This document shows, piece by piece, positions 1 to 13,752 of a DNA stretch of 64,000 nucleotides. The notes beneath the pieces are model-generated. The model did no database searches, was not told where the DNA came from, and saw only the letters and a program-made list of their open reading frames with translations. This DNA comes from Ancylonema sp. (taxonomy: Eukaryota), in NCBI GenBank assembly GCA_050230475.1, contig JBFLGF010000229.1, positions 1-64,000 on the forward strand. Reading direction: 5' to 3'. The position numbers and the translations under genes are program-made. The stretch's first letter is position 1, and every line of letters begins with the position of its first letter.

Positions 1-2566
1 TTAAGAATGAAGATGCTTGCACGATTGATCGGCCAGTAATCGCCGCGACGATCTTGGATTCTTTGGCAACTCGTTACAACACAATCTGTAATCTTTGCAC
101 TCTGGCCTCATTCGATCAGAGTGCATCTCGGGAACACGCTGAAATTTTGCATTGGCAATATTGTGTAATTGTCGTCGCATTGAGTGTGGTCGGCTGGCAT
201 CTGCATTTGTATTCTGTCTTCAATTGGAATGCGCATTTGATGTGTGATCTGCATTCAGAATTGATCTAGTAAAACGGCAACCATTTCGAAAATTTTAACG
301 CTTCGGACACGTTACGTCCTAGCTCTAACACTTCTACACCCGTGGGTAGACACGCTCTAACCGAATTTCAAAAACATCAGTGAAAAAATCCAATGTCAAT
401 GGCACTCGACAAGAAATACACTGGCAATGGCGACAATGAAAATCGGATTTTCATTAAGGACGCTAGAATTGGATGGAAGGCTGAACTGGGGAACCCCAAT
501 TGACACCTTGCACATGGTGTGACGAAGTGTCGGACAATATACGATTGGGTGCCTCTATGATGACTTATGAGGGAATGGGTTAATGTGCCTATACGGTGAA
601 ATGATGCGGGTGCGGATATTTGCGTCCTTGAGTCATGTTTGACACATGCGTGGGTGTTTTCAATGTCATTACAATTTGGCACGTGTCCGGACGGACGCAT
701 TAAGCAATTAAGTTTCGATTGGCAAACGAAGGCCTTAATTATTGAGGCACGTCGCAATTGCTCCGCCACTTGCGGCAACATTCCCGAAATAACACTCTCA
801 GAAGCATGTTGGCAAGCAGTTGTAGGTCCACAATCGTCTCTAATACAATCGATGGAGTACAACGATTTATGATAGAGGCAGTGTTTTTGTCAGGATACAT
901 TGACAGTAAGTCACGACAAGTCTCAGCGTGCTGCATTGTTGTATCGTAAATTATGCGCCATAGAAAGCTTAAGGTAGCAATGCAACTAGACGGTAATAAG
1001 GCAGGAGATGCCTCGTGTGAGCTCTACATTGTATCTTAGTGATTTGGGTGCCGTCAGTTAGAGAATACTTGGCTAGGAAGCGGTTAGAAAGTATGTTTGA
1101 CGGCAAGCTAGATTTGATGCACTGCAAAACGATTTTGGGCAGCTATGCAGCAAGCAACTATCCAAAACTGTAAGCTTTGAGCAAAGATCTCATTCGATCT
1201 TTGCGCACCTCGGGAACCGCTGAAAGTGTTACCCAAAAACCTTGCGTAATCCGTTTGCGAGTTCGGTTGGCATTTAAGCCTATGTGCATTTGATTCATGT
1301 GCATTTGATTGTGACATATCTTTCAATATCGATCGCTTGTGTATTACACTGTAGTCACTAATTTAAGCTTCGGATACTTCACACCCAGACCGAAGGCACT
1401 GCCTTGCCGTAGGTATACTAAAAAAATATATTTGGTGTACTTCATAGACGAATGAATGCATCAGCCAATTGTTATCGCGCATGGACACCTCGCGGATCTC
1501 GACTAGATCATAGGATACGTGTGTGCTCAACCATGTGTGAAGCTAGGAAGTGTTTTGCACGTGTGAATTGCATGTAACGACAAATTCGTTATAAAAATAG
1601 TATGGCACGTGCGATTATGGCACGATGCTAGATGGCACGACACCATCTTTGATGAGGGTTGGAACCCCAGCCTTAATCGAAGACGACGCCACCGCGGTGG
1701 TTGATGCAGCCGAGGTTGACCAAAGTCTGTCCAAGAGTAGGCACGTGTAGAGCATGAAGTCGGAAAGTCGTTTCTTCTAAGCTTGTGTGAAGGCGAAGGG
1801 TGCTTGTAACCTCATAGCATCAGCTTGGATTCCCGACTACAAGTATATTTATTTATTTTGTTGAAACATCCGACCTTTTTTCAAAATGAGAGAATCGCAT
1901 ATTGTCGAAAGACGACAAGAACCTTGTTTTTGTATAAGCATATGTTTGTAGTGAAAACAGAATCTTGCAAAAAGCAGACCGATAAACTCGAATCGTCAAC
2001 GAACCTTTTTTCCGAATTTGGTTTGGGCTCCTGTTCTAAAAATGGATGGGAACAGAGATCGTTTAAGAGCACTGGCCGTGGCCCGTGGCCCGTGTTACCG
2101 TGGCCCTGTTTTGTACGGCAATGTGGAAAATCGGCCCGCGGCCTTCATTAGTTGACCGTTCCGTACTGTCAGGTACCGAGTATGAAGTTGTTACGACTTT
2201 CGCCAATCCTCAAAGCGCCTGTATGCACAGGACTAAGGAGCAAAACAGGGAAGCAGTCCGCGCCCCTGTGTCCATGTCCCTGTGTGCCTGCATTGCCTTT
2301 CGAGAGCATGCAACAAACTGATGTCGCCTGACGCATGCTGTAGGCATCATGTGGATGTCGTACGACTGCGCTTCTCACCCTATCTATCCACCTGGGAAAG
2401 AGGGGCATCTTTCTTTCGATCTGAAGTCCTTAAGGCCCCCTGCTGCTGCCTGAAACTGTTCTCCAGACGACACCCGTGTTATTTTTTTGGTTTGAAAATA
2501 TTATGTCGTTTCTTTGTTTAATTTTTTTTTTTGGTACGTTCCCGGGACTCCCAACAATCTAATTTG

Positions 2567-5400
2567 ATGCCCAAAATCCAATTATTTGGCGGGCAGGGGC
2601 TGGCGGCTTCCGCATCGGTCGTCGGAGGAATCGTTCTCGCTCTGCTTATAGTAGTTCAATTATGGAGCTCTTTCTCCTCTGAAGTGCTGTCAGCTATCGG
2701 TTTGCAACGAAGGTGCAATGAAACTGAGAATGGGCCTTTCGTGTATTTCCTGAATCCCAAGCATGGCTCGAACTTTCAGGGTGCAGATAGGCCATACTGG
2801 AACCACTCAGTGAACAGTGCAGACACCTGTGACAGGCGGAGTAGACGTTTATTGGGCCAGGATCTAAAGGAAGATGAAAGGCAGTCCGCAGGAACGGGCA
2901 GCGAGGAGCCACGTCAGCTTCGGAGACTCTTTGAGAGGGACATCAAGCGACATAGGAGCAAAGAGAGCGCTTGGGATGGGGGGGACGCAAGCCCTGCGAC
3001 TGGGAAAGCACTGCCTATATTTGGGAAGGTGTATCCAGATGGGTTAGTACCGTCCTTAATATGTACACATCATTGCAGAGGTTCTCCATACACTCCATAC
3101 ACAGTCCATGAAGTCAGGCTGCACAGGTGGCAGAAGCCCTACACAGGTCAGATTCAATAATTCCCTAATTCGCTCCACGCAGTCTGTACTACATTGCTGT
3201 GGGCGTGGGGAACCCCGCACGGCCCTTCTATCTGGACATTGACACCGGCAGTGACCTCACGTGGCTCACCTGTGACGCGCCATGTATCAATTGCGCCAAG
3301 GTTGGATTTGTACCACAAGCTTCACCTTTGCGGCTGGAACCAAGTGCAATTCCGCCTGACTTTTGCCAAAACGGTTGCAGGGCCCCAACGGTTGGTACAA
3401 TCCCAACCGCGCCCGCCTGGTGGACTGCACAGAGCCCCTGTGCAATGCTGCCCAGAGCGGGCACATCCACGGCTGCGCCCTGAACCCTCTGGACAGACAA
3501 TGCGACTACGATGTGCAGTACGGGGATGGGAGCGCCTCCCAGGGGGTGCTGGTATCGGATACGCTCGCGTTTCTGCACCCTGACGGGCGATTGCTGCCAG
3601 CCGACATAGCATTCGGGTGGGTCTCCAGGGGGCTGCACTTCTTAAGCCTCACCTTACTGAATCACTGCCTTCTTATACAGGTGTGCCTATGACCAGGAAG
3701 GCCAGCTGGCGCATTCTCCTTCCCTTACAGATGGCATTCTGGGTCTGGGCTCTGGTCCAATCTCCCTCCCTAGCCAGCTGGCAGCCCAGGGAGTGGTCTC
3801 CAACATGGTGGGCCACTGCATCGCCAGTGGGCCAACCGCTACTGGCTACCTGTTTCTGGGCGACACGCTGGTGCCACCTGGCATGACCTGGACTCCTATG
3901 CTCGGAAAACCCGCTGCGTGAGTGGCCGGTGCAGGCTTTATGTGTAACAGTATCCAGCGTCGGCCTGTGTGACAGCTGTCGTGTGTGAGGTGGCAGGGAG
4001 TACTACTACCTCGCCCTCACCTCCCTCCGCTACGGGAGCACGGTGCTGGACGTGGAGGAGTCGGTGTTTGATCCCCAGAAGGGGGGGGCGATCGTGGACA
4101 GCGGCTCCTCCTTCCCTTACCTCGTGGAACCCGCATTCCACGCACTGCTGGCTGTGGTCAGTCAGTGGCCTGTGTGTTGTGGACGGGGGATTGGCACAAA
4201 AGGGAGTCATTCATGCGCACATGAACGGAGGTGTGAGGTCACCTCTGGGGTCTGCGTCCCTGGCCAGCCGTGCTGCAAAAAGTCAGAAAGTCAGAAATGC
4301 AGGATGAATTCGCAATCCTGGTTTCCGTTCAGATTCCGAATCCGGTTCCGATTCCGGTTCTGATTCCGGTTCCGGTTCCGGTTCCGGTTTTGTGTCCTGC
4401 GTTTTGGCCGAATAGGAGGTTAGCACCTGAAAGCGGGTGTGTGTGGCTGCAGATCCGCGATGAGGTGGCAGGGGGTTCTCTGGAGGAGGATGGGACAGAC
4501 CCCGTGCTGCCACATTGCTGGCGGGGCCCGCATGCTTTCAGGTTGAGGGCTGGATAGGTGGCAGTGCATTCAGGTGCGGGGGCTGGAGGGGGGATCTCTG
4601 ATGTGCCGTTGGTGGGAGGTTGCAGGAATGTGGAGGAGGCTTCTTATTGGTTCAGCCCGATTGAGCTCACTTTCAGACATGGGCCGCTGCAGTTTTTGGA
4701 CACCACCTTGGGCCTCGCTATAGACGGCTACCTTGTTATAAACGTAAGGGAGGGAGAGGGATGGCTACCATTCCAATTTATCATCCATTCTTTCTGATCT
4801 TGTACGTACTTTGTGTGGCTCGTCAAGTGAGGGAGAGAAAGGTGGGCAGAAATGAGGATGGTGTTGCGGATGAGAGGTAGGTTGGTTGGGATGGGGACTG
4901 AGGTGGTTGTGTGAGGATTGGTGCAGGCTGTCGGTAACGTGTGTTTGGGAATCTTAGACTCTGGGGTGGTGACACCTGGTGGAGCAACGACTATCATCGG
5001 AGGTGAGCAGACAGAAAGTGTGCGATGGGGATAGAACCGATCCGGAGTCCTTGCTGATCAGAAGCAGTTGTGAGAGGAAAGCGCGAAGTAGAAAACACGT
5101 CCGTGAGAAAACGGAGTGAATAGAATCGATACGCTGATCACTGGTATACTGATCAGTTAGTGTAACTGATCTAACTAAGGGGCAAGTGGTCACTGTGACA
5201 TCGAGAGTTTGTGAAACTCCTTCATGCAGCTATGCTTTTCAAAAACTCAGATCTGGGCGACTCGTGCGAACATCTCTGAATCCACCGCACCCTATGTCTG
5301 TGCAGACGTGTCTCTTCGGGGCTACTTGGTGGTTTATGATAACGTCCATCAACGGGTTGGATGGTTGCGACGGAACTGTTTGATGGCACTGCAGTCTTGA
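2567..5400 (+). CDS. Aspartyl protease, nucellin/APCB1 (Asp1)-like pepsin family A1, multi-exon
   Basis: GT-AG exons approx 2567-3042, 3183-3300, 3381-3616, 3681-3917, 3997-4157, 4453-4540, 4626-4743, 4927-5002, 5306-5400. Motifs GKVYPDGLYY, LDIDTGSDLTWLTCDAPC (first catalytic DTG), QCDYDVQYGDG, DGILGLG, IVDSGSS (second catalytic Asp), NVCLGIL, IIGD, VVYDN. Hydrophobic N-terminal segment. Start uncertain, an upstream exon is possible. Confidence 0.9.
4322..4389. repeat. (TTCCGG/TTCCGA)n hexamer microsatellite in protease intron
   Basis: Tandem hexamers visible directly. Confidence 0.85.
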
Positions 5401-6600
5401 TGAGAGTGCCGTAAAACATGTACATATGCTGGAAATCCTATACTTGGGCTAGGCATGCGAGTAGAGACAAGAGTTGTCTGTACAGTGCGATCGTTTAGAA
5501 TGTAGAAAAATATGGAACGGAGTGAAGAGAATTGAGGGATAATGGCGAACATAGGGAGAACGGCGTGACAAGTAGTGTGTGTTGCTTAGATGCTTAGATG
5601 CTTAGATTTCCCATATTATATGGATGTAAAGTCACAGCCAGTAGTCGGCAAGAAGGAGAAAGGTACTCAAAGGAATATGAGATGAATATCCTTCGATACC
5701 TTAATGGTCGTATGGTATTCTTTCAAACGTGACGCGTGGAAGATTGAAGGTGCAAGACAACTTTCATGTACATGTTCGAGATAGAAGCAAGCATAGTCGT
5801 ACAGTTACACGCACTTCCGTAATCGCACTGACTGATGTTAATTGTATGCTCGAAGATGGCACTTTCATCTTCAATTTGTCAAACCGCTTTACAGAAATCA
5901 ATTTTGAAACAGAACGGTTGTATATCTCAATGGCAAAGCAAATGCATGGCACCATTACACTTTACAACAACCAGCAGAGGAAGAATCTTGAGGCCAGTCT
6001 CTCAAGGTGGGGTGATCGACTGTTTTACCTTCCTGTTATGATTGAGCACGTATCATGTACCGTGTTGTGTCAAATCATATGGCATGACATCGGGTAAAAC
6101 TACAATTTTGCCGAAGCGCCCACACCGAAAGCCTAGATTCGAAGAAAACCGGAAAATTGGGTACAAAAATACTCGTTACAGGCACACGCGTTATAGACAC
6201 AACTACGTTACAGGCACCAAAATCGCGTGTACCAACTTTTCCCCGCCAAAACGTCTTCGTTATAGGCACTAGCACACCACGTTACAGGCACACCAAAAAG
6301 CCATTTTTAGCCTGTAACGAGTTATAACGTTATATATTATGCGGACGTTACAGGCTATTGGGGGGAAATAATTGTTTCGAACGGAGGTTTTGGTCCTTTT
6401 CCGGCGCATGTCAACTTCTCCACATTGAAGCACGGCGTAGCATCCCTTCCTGGTCGAGGGAATCTTTACAGAAAATGGTCGTCCATGCTTGTAGCGCGTT
6501 CGTCTGTAAAATGTTTGGGTCTGCACCTGTACCTAGAATTATAAAAAAGACTCGAGTACAATTAACTCACATGGAGAAGAAGAGAATCTGTATCGTATTT

Positions 6601-6885
6601 TGAATCTGAAAATTTTACCTCTTCGCTTGTTATGGTGGTTATTATCGCAATCTGAATCTGATTCTGAATCTAAAAGTTTTGCCTCTTCACTTGATGTAGT
6701 GGTTGTTATCGCAATCTAAATCTGATTCCGCTTCTGAATCAGAATTTGAATCTAGAAGTTTTGCATATTCCCTCGTAATGGTGGTTGACATCGCAATCAG
6801 AATCTGAATCTGAATCAAATTCTGAATCCGATTCTGAATCTGCTTCTAAATCTGAATCTGAATCTAAATCAATTTTTGAATCTGA
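6601..6885. repeat. Degenerate (TCTGAA)n repeats inside the pogo-like element
   Basis: Many TCTGAA/TCTAAA units embedded in about three imperfect 65-70 bp higher-order copies. Confidence 0.75.
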
Positions 6886-7219
6886 CCATGTTTGTCGCTG
6901 CTAGAGGTGAGGGCACAGAATCTCATCGTCCTTGACCAAACGATGGTCAAGGCATTGCAAACTTTATCGCCCAAGATGCTTGTCTTAGTTATGAAGATCT
7001 GTTACAAGTCCAACAATTGGCAAACAAGTTATTAGCAATGCAAGCTACATGTGTTATGAACCGCAAGCAAGAGGTAATCAAGAAGTTTTTTCCGGTAGTG
7101 GGTTCCGGTAGTGGGTATTTAAGTGGATGTTAAGCACAGTAGAAGTACTTTACGTGCAATGTTAGCGGAAAAATATGTGGCTATTCTTTTGTGTCCATAT
7201 TTGATAAAGATAGCAGCAT

Positions 7220-7680
7220 GCATGCCCGAATCCATACTTGTTTACAAAAAAGCAAAGAAAGACCATCCCATCACGATTAATCTTTATGTGCCATATGAAC
7301 CTCATTTGCCTTGAAATGGATGGACAAAGTAGACCCTTGCTTTGGAGAGCCAATGCATCTCTCAAACTACATGCGAGTGAATATGAAACCAACTCACACT
7401 CCAATCAGCAAATAAGACAACAGTTATTGGCTTTGTCAAAGTCAAAGACTCGCATGCCCGAATCTATACTTGTCGACAAAAAAAGATAAGACAATACCGT
7501 CCCATCGTGACAATCCTTTACGTTCCTTTAGATGTGCCTCATATGCCTTGAAATGGATAGACGAAGTGAACGATAATTACCTTGGACAACCATCGCATCT
7601 CACAAACTACATACGAGTGCATATGATACCATTCTAAGTATTCACGCTCCAATTAGCAAATAAGACAATATTTAATGGTG
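7220..7680. repeat. Diverged ~230-bp tandem duplication inside the pogo-like element
   Basis: GCATGCCCGAATC(C/T)ATACTTGT...GCCTTGAAATGGA...CAAACTACAT...AGCAAATAAGACAA occurs at ~7220 and ~7452. Confidence 0.75.
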
Positions 7681-8756
7681 ATTTTTTTTCAGCGACAATG
7701 GCAGACGAAGTTCACGACCTCCGGAAAAGAAAATCTTGAGATTCCCTCGTTACAAGCATATCTACCTTAGGGCCCTTGTGCATGTAACGCGATTCCCTCG
7801 TTACAGGCACATGTTTTCGGTGTCCCAAGAGTGTGCCTGTAACGAGTATTTACTGTACAACCCTTAATCATGGATTGCTCTCCCTAGCCGAATGCCCTCG
7901 CCAAAGATCAAGCAACCGCGATTTTTTACATCGTCAACGTAGCTTTATGATTGGGAAAATATAATCTACCCAAAAACGTAACTTGAAACCATTAAACCCG
8001 AATAAGGGAGCGTGGTGGCATAAGGAATACTCCGCATGACGGCGATAAGGTTTCTGCGTCTATTTTGGGATGGAAAAACCAGAACGTGTAAATGTGGCAA
8101 ACAAAAAGGTGGAAATTTGACGTTTTACACGACGAATTTTACAAAACTACCTTATCCCCGAAGCAACTCGGACCACCATTTACCATTCCATGAAAGTGGT
8201 TTTTTCATACGAGGGGTATCCTATAAGCGGGAGTCGACTGGACTCCTAACTCGGGACTGGCTCATTTCGAACCAGACTTTCTATCGAAAATTTTACATTC
8301 TAGAGGACTCCAGGGAAGGGGAGGGAGGACTATCCATGGCAAGAGAGCCACTTCCCATGCGCTCATGGGGAGGGCCACCGTCTTGAAACTGCGGGTACCC
8401 GGACGGCAAATTTCACGTTATTGTTGCCAGCCAGAGCCATAATCATGGGTCTGGCTCTGGCTCTGGCTCTGGCTCATTCGAAAAGCCGTACGATATTGCA
8501 GAGCTTGCGCGTATCACACAGCTTTCTGATACGTGCTCTCAACGAACAATATTCAAACAAGCAGACATATCCAAATTTCGTTCTTTTCGGTATAGCTGTT
8601 TTACAGGTCTGATGTGCAATGCAGCACAGCATACACAGCCTGGACTGGTGTCGTTTATGAACACATGCGTGCCCTCACGCATTTACGGTGAATTGCTCAT
8701 CTGCTCGGTGGTAGCTTGCGCGTCCTCGTTCCTTTCCTAACGGCCTGGCTCCGGTC

Positions 8757-11700
8757 ATGGAGGTAGCGCAGTCCAAAAGCTTTCTTGTGGCACCTCCCTC
8801 TGTCGGACAGGTCGGTTCACTAAACTTGGAGATCATGTCTATTTGCTGGTAATTCGAATGCTGGTTGGAGCAGGATAGAAAAGTCGGGCTCATTGCTCGT
8901 GGTTTGCATTGGTATTATTTTCAACCTTATTTTGAGCAGGCTATCAGTACGTTTAAGATACACCGCCAAAGCACGGAATGCCACATTTCGCTACCTGCAA
9001 TCGCTGCCCCTATGTCCCTACTGTACCTGATGCATTTCCCTGGGCCATCGATCTCATTGATGTAAATGAGAGGAGAATGTGGGATGTGTTCCAATGTAGA
9101 AAATCTTCAGTCGCCAATGTTCGCAAATCGGATGGTTATCGTGATAAGAATTATCGATGACAGGAGTCGCTTGCTTTTGTGCAGGTTGCTTTTTTTTTGG
9201 GATTTATTACACTTGTTCTTACATGGATACACGCGGAGTGGTTGGAATATTCCAGGCAAAAAAAAGTCAAATTGTGAGTCGCTGATCCTCGGCTGTGATT
9301 TTTTTTACAAGGGGGCCTTCAAAAAGCAATGTATGAATGTGTAATCTCGTATACTCGGTTAGCTGTGGCTTGCGAAACCGCCATGAGCACGTGGTGATGC
9401 CTGATATGGCAGATCCTGGATCTGATTGGTTTGCGAAATTAAAAATACCGGGGTGACCTGGAAAGCCCCTGTCATACGCGTTCTTGGCTAGCGTGCAGTG
9501 CATCGATTAGCACACATTTTGCTTAAAACCTATCCTGAACCTAGTACTGCACTCATCACACATAATGATAAAAAGCCAAGTCCAGCTATGAAAGTCTATG
9601 GGATCAGTACACACCTCGTTTTCTGAGAGCTGTTCTCTGCATGAAGGGCGTTGGATCCCAGCAGCACAGCGGGGACCTCACCTGCCGCTCCTGCTAACAA
9701 AGGGGAAGATGAGAGAATATCGCTGATTGAGATTGGGGGCCAAGCCGGGAAAGTCGTGCCAAGCCCCACGTTCCGAGATCAGTTCTTCCAGTGAGTTTCG
9801 CAATTCGGCATTTCGGCATTTCGGCGATTCGGCGATTCGGCAATTCGGCTCGCTGTTGTATCGGAAAGTGAATGCCAAACTCCTGGACCAGCAAGTAATT
9901 GAGTTCCTGCAAACAAGTTTCGCAGTAGGAGACAAACTTTCTCAGATCCTTCGTCGGTCGCCAATGTGTTCCAAGGTTTGGGGTATAGAGGTAGAGGTTT
10001 GGGGAGTTCTTCATCGTGTTTCATTTGTACTTCAGATTTATAACGCAGCAACCCTCGGCCCTCCTCGAAAATCGCTCATCCCTAAGAGCTGGGTAAGTCC
10101 TAAACCCCTACCCACCCCTCATCCACCCTCAGTCATAAACCATTCGGATGGCTGCATTCTGGGGAGAACATTCGAGTGTGGGGGATGCGAATGTGATAAA
10201 AACGCCCGAAAAAGGATAGTCTGCTGTATTTGTGCAGCGTTCTTGAATCAGTTGTGAGCTGCTTCCTCTTTATGCTTTTGTTCTCAGGTTGGGGGGGGCA
10301 TGCTGGCAGAGTGAGTAACAGTGTCTGTTTTGGTTTACAGATGGACATACACTCATGGCACTGATCAGAACTTCCAACGATGAATACCATCAACTGCCTG
10401 TCCCTGCAGCAATAACTGTGCCTATATGACCACCACACGATACCATCGCAATACCCGTCTGCCCCTCTCTCACACACATCGTCAGATATAGCTAACAGCT
10501 GTCCTGGATCACCATCCCCTCCTCCCGATCTCCCCATCTCCTCATCTCCCTATCTCCTCTGCCTGCAGAGTCGAGGTTGGGGCCATTGTGTGTTACTACT
10601 TCCTTTGCGATCGCACCAACTTTTTCGGGGAATCCTCCAAGGTGCGTGTGCCTCCCTCACACCAGATCGGCTGTCTCAGACCCAATCACAGACCCAGGAG
10701 CTGTATCTCCATACCATCCAATATCATTCATGCCCCTCAACCTCACTCACATTGGAGTAGCAGCCGACAGGACACAGCCCTCGCTGGGGGGAGGGTGTCA
10801 ACCTAGAATCTCTCGCAAATGGGCACAGTGGCAGTGCCTCCATGGCAAGATTCGAATCATTTACTTTCATGCCCGCTCCCCACCGCACACCCTGCTCGAC
10901 TCGACAGCCCCAGCCCCCCAGCCCCCCAGCCCTCAAGGAACACCCGAATTGTGAGTCACCCCCAAGTCATGACCTCTCCTCCCTCGTCGCACTGCAGTCG
11001 TACAGCCGCGACCTCCTCATCTTCGTATACGGCAGCATGTGCGCAGCCGCCGCCTGGACCTCCCTGAAGAAGCACGTCAACCCGGCAGTGAAGCAAGTGA
11101 ACCTCCTGAACCGACACCAGACGGAGGAGTGGAAAGGGTGGATGCAGGTCCTCTTCCTGCTCTACCACTACTGGGAGGCGAAGGAAATGTATAACGCCAT
11201 ACGGATCTTCATCGCGTGTTACGTGTGGATGACCGGGTTCGGAAACTTCTCGTTCTATTACGTGCGAAAGGACTTCAGCGTGGGGCGATTCGCTCAGGTA
11301 TCGAGGAGTAGGTAGGAGGGGAGTGAAGAATAGAGTCCGTAGAAAGGGGAAGGTAGGGGGCGTCAATGCATGCACTGATTCGAAATGAGACCGAAAAGAC
11401 ACGGTTGATGTTGAGCAGTCGTCAGCAGTCGTACTGTCTTTTCTTCCTTCTCCTTCTTTCTTACTTGGACCACAAGCAATCACCCCCTCCTCGGCTCATC
11501 AGCTCGCACATGTCCCTCCAGATGATGTGGCGTCTCAAGTTCTTCGTCCTCTTCTGCTGTATGGCGCTGGGCAACGACTACATGCTGTACTACATCAACC
11601 CCATGCACACCCTCTTCACAGTCATGGTCTATGCTGCCCTCGGAATCTTCCACAAATACAACGAGGACCCAAAAGTCGTCGCCCTCAAGATTGCGGCCAG

Positions 11701-13180
11701 CGTGGCTGTCGTCGTGCTCGTCTGGGAGGTGCCCGGAGTCTTCAACCTCATCTGGGGACCCTTCACCTTCCTCTTCGGTACGCTGCCTATCTGCCGCTTA
11801 TGGCAGCAGATGGGGTGGGGGAGGGGGGGGTGTGGGGGTGTGATCCCCCTCACGTCGGCGGGTTCTATGGGTTTTGGGTTCAGGATACACGGATCCCCGG
11901 AAACCAGAGCTGCCGCTCCTGCACGAGTGGCACTTCCGGTCCGGGCTGGACCGCTACGTGTGGATCGTGGGCATGCTGCAGGCTTACTTCCATCCCATGG
12001 TTCGAACCCCAACCGCTGCGGTGTAGGGCTAGGTCAGGGTCAAGGTCATGGTCGGAGGTGAAGGTGCAGGGCCACACATTGCTGCTTTCGTTATCAATGG
12101 GCGGATTGTTGTTATAGATGATCCCCCATGCGGGCGTGTGCAGACGGAGCGGTGGCTGGAGAAGCTAGAGGAAATGGAGTGGAAGGCGCGTAACTTGATT
12201 CGGGGGGCGGTTGCGGGCGTCACATTGAGTGTCCTCTACGTTTGGTACGAGGCTGTGTACTGCCTGCCGAAGCTGCAGTACAACAAGCTGCACCCCTTCA
12301 CCTCCTGGATCCCAATCACGTAACCCACCAACCTCCCACCAGGCTCTGTGAGGAGATTGGTATCGTGTCCATTGGGGCAGAGGTGTGACTATCGGTGTGA
12401 GTGTCGGTTGGCGCAGGTGTTACATCATCCTCAGGAATCTGACGCCCAGTATGCGGAACTACTCTGTCGTCTTATTCGCGTGAGCATCCGCCCTGTTCCC
12501 ACATTCCATCCCGATGAAGCCCAACCATGCCTCTGTGTCGAGTTTCGTCCAAATTGTGTCAGAGGGACAGCTGTCACCTCCTCATTGCCCGTACCCTGCC
12601 CTTATTCCAGGTGGCTTGGCAAAATCACCCTGGAGACTTACGTCGGCCAGTTCCACATCTGGCTCAGGTACCCAAACCCCCCATCCCCCTCCCCCCCCCT
12701 CTTCTTACTTGGTGTCATTGGGGCGCAGAACGGGCACCCCAAACGGGCAGCCCTTCAAGCTGCTGTGTTTCATCCAAGACTACCCCCTCACCAACTTTGC
12801 TCTGTGCACCGCCATCTACGTCTTTGTCAGTACTACCCACCCCACGCTGCACACCTGTAGACTGGTCCACAGGGTTAGTGACAGACTCCAGTGGCCACTC
12901 ACCAATCATAGGCATCGTTTCCAGAACTTGTGGTGGTTCCACAGGTGTCCTCTTGTAGACATGGTTGCAATGCGATGAGCTCCTCACCGGGATCCTCCTC
13001 TCCTGCCAGGTGTCACTGCGCCTGTTTGAGCTCACCAACGTGCTGCGCAATGCGTTTGTGCCCACCAAAGACAACACACGTATAGCGGAGAATCTGATTG
13101 CCAGCGCGCTCATCGGGGCTGTGTGTTACGGACTCGCCTACTTGTCCATGGCCATTGTGGTGAGAACAGACCATCTTTGA
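8757..13180 (+). CDS. RWA: REDUCED WALL ACETYLATION (RWA)/CAS1-domain polysaccharide O-acetylation protein, multi-exon
   Basis: Exons approx 8757-8810 (MEVAQ..PSVGQ), 9185-9273 ([12 protein letters not shown]), 9647-9790, 10036-10092 ([10 protein letters not shown]), 10569-10641 (YYFLCDRT), 10998-11297 ([23 protein letters not shown]), 11522-11778, 11884-11999 ([13 protein letters not shown]), 12144-12319, 12417-12479, 12611-12667 ([10 protein letters not shown]), 12729-12825, 13010-13180. An alternative end may splice over the repeat array to 14029-14040. Confidence 0.93.
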
Positions 13181-13182
13181 AC

Positions 13183-13752
13183 GATTTGGGATTTGGAATT
13201 CGGGATTTGGGATTTGGGAGTTGGGATTTGGGATTTGGGATTTGGGAGTTGGGATTTGGGATTTGGGATTTGGGATTTGGGAGTTGGGATTTGGGATTTG
13301 GGATTTGGGATTTGGGATTTGGGATTTGGGATTTGGGATTTGGGATTTGGGATTTGGGATTTGGGATTTGGGATTTGGGATTTGGGATTTGGGATTTGGG
13401 ATTTGGGATTTGGGATTTGGGATTTGGGATATTTGGGATTTGGGATTTGGGATTTGGGATTTGGGATTTGGGATTTGGGATTTGGGATTTGGGATTTGGG
13501 ATTTGGGATTAGGGATTTGGGATTTGGGATTTGGGATTTGGGATTTGGGATTTGGGATTTGGGATTTGGGATATGGGATTTGGGATTTGGGATTTGGGAT
13601 TTGGGATTTGGGATTTGGGATTTGGGATTTGGGATTTGGGATTTGGGATTTGGAGCAAAGGCCTGTCTCCCATTTGGGATTTGGGATTTGGGATTTGGGA
13701 TTTGGGATTTGGGATTTGGGATTTGGGATTTGGAGCAAAGGCCTGTCTCCCA
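13183..13752. repeat. (GGGATTT)n heptamer array with two copies of a 21-bp insert
   Basis: Roughly 75 units with rare variants (GGGAGTT, GGGATAT). GGAGCAAAGGCCTGTCTCCCA at 13652-13672 and 13732-13752. Confidence 0.95.

Larger units (their letters stand above)
6164..7855 (+). mobile_element. Non-autonomous, internally deleted pogo/Tigger-like (Tc1-mariner superfamily) DNA transposon
   Basis: Left TIR CAAAAATACTCGTTACAGGCACAC (6164-6187) and right TIR GTGTGCCTGTAACGAGTATTTACTG (7831-7855), each flanked by TA (6162-6163, 7856-7857). Repeated subterminal CGTTACAGGCAC motifs. Residual frame ending ...RKQEVIKKFF. Confidence 0.8.
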
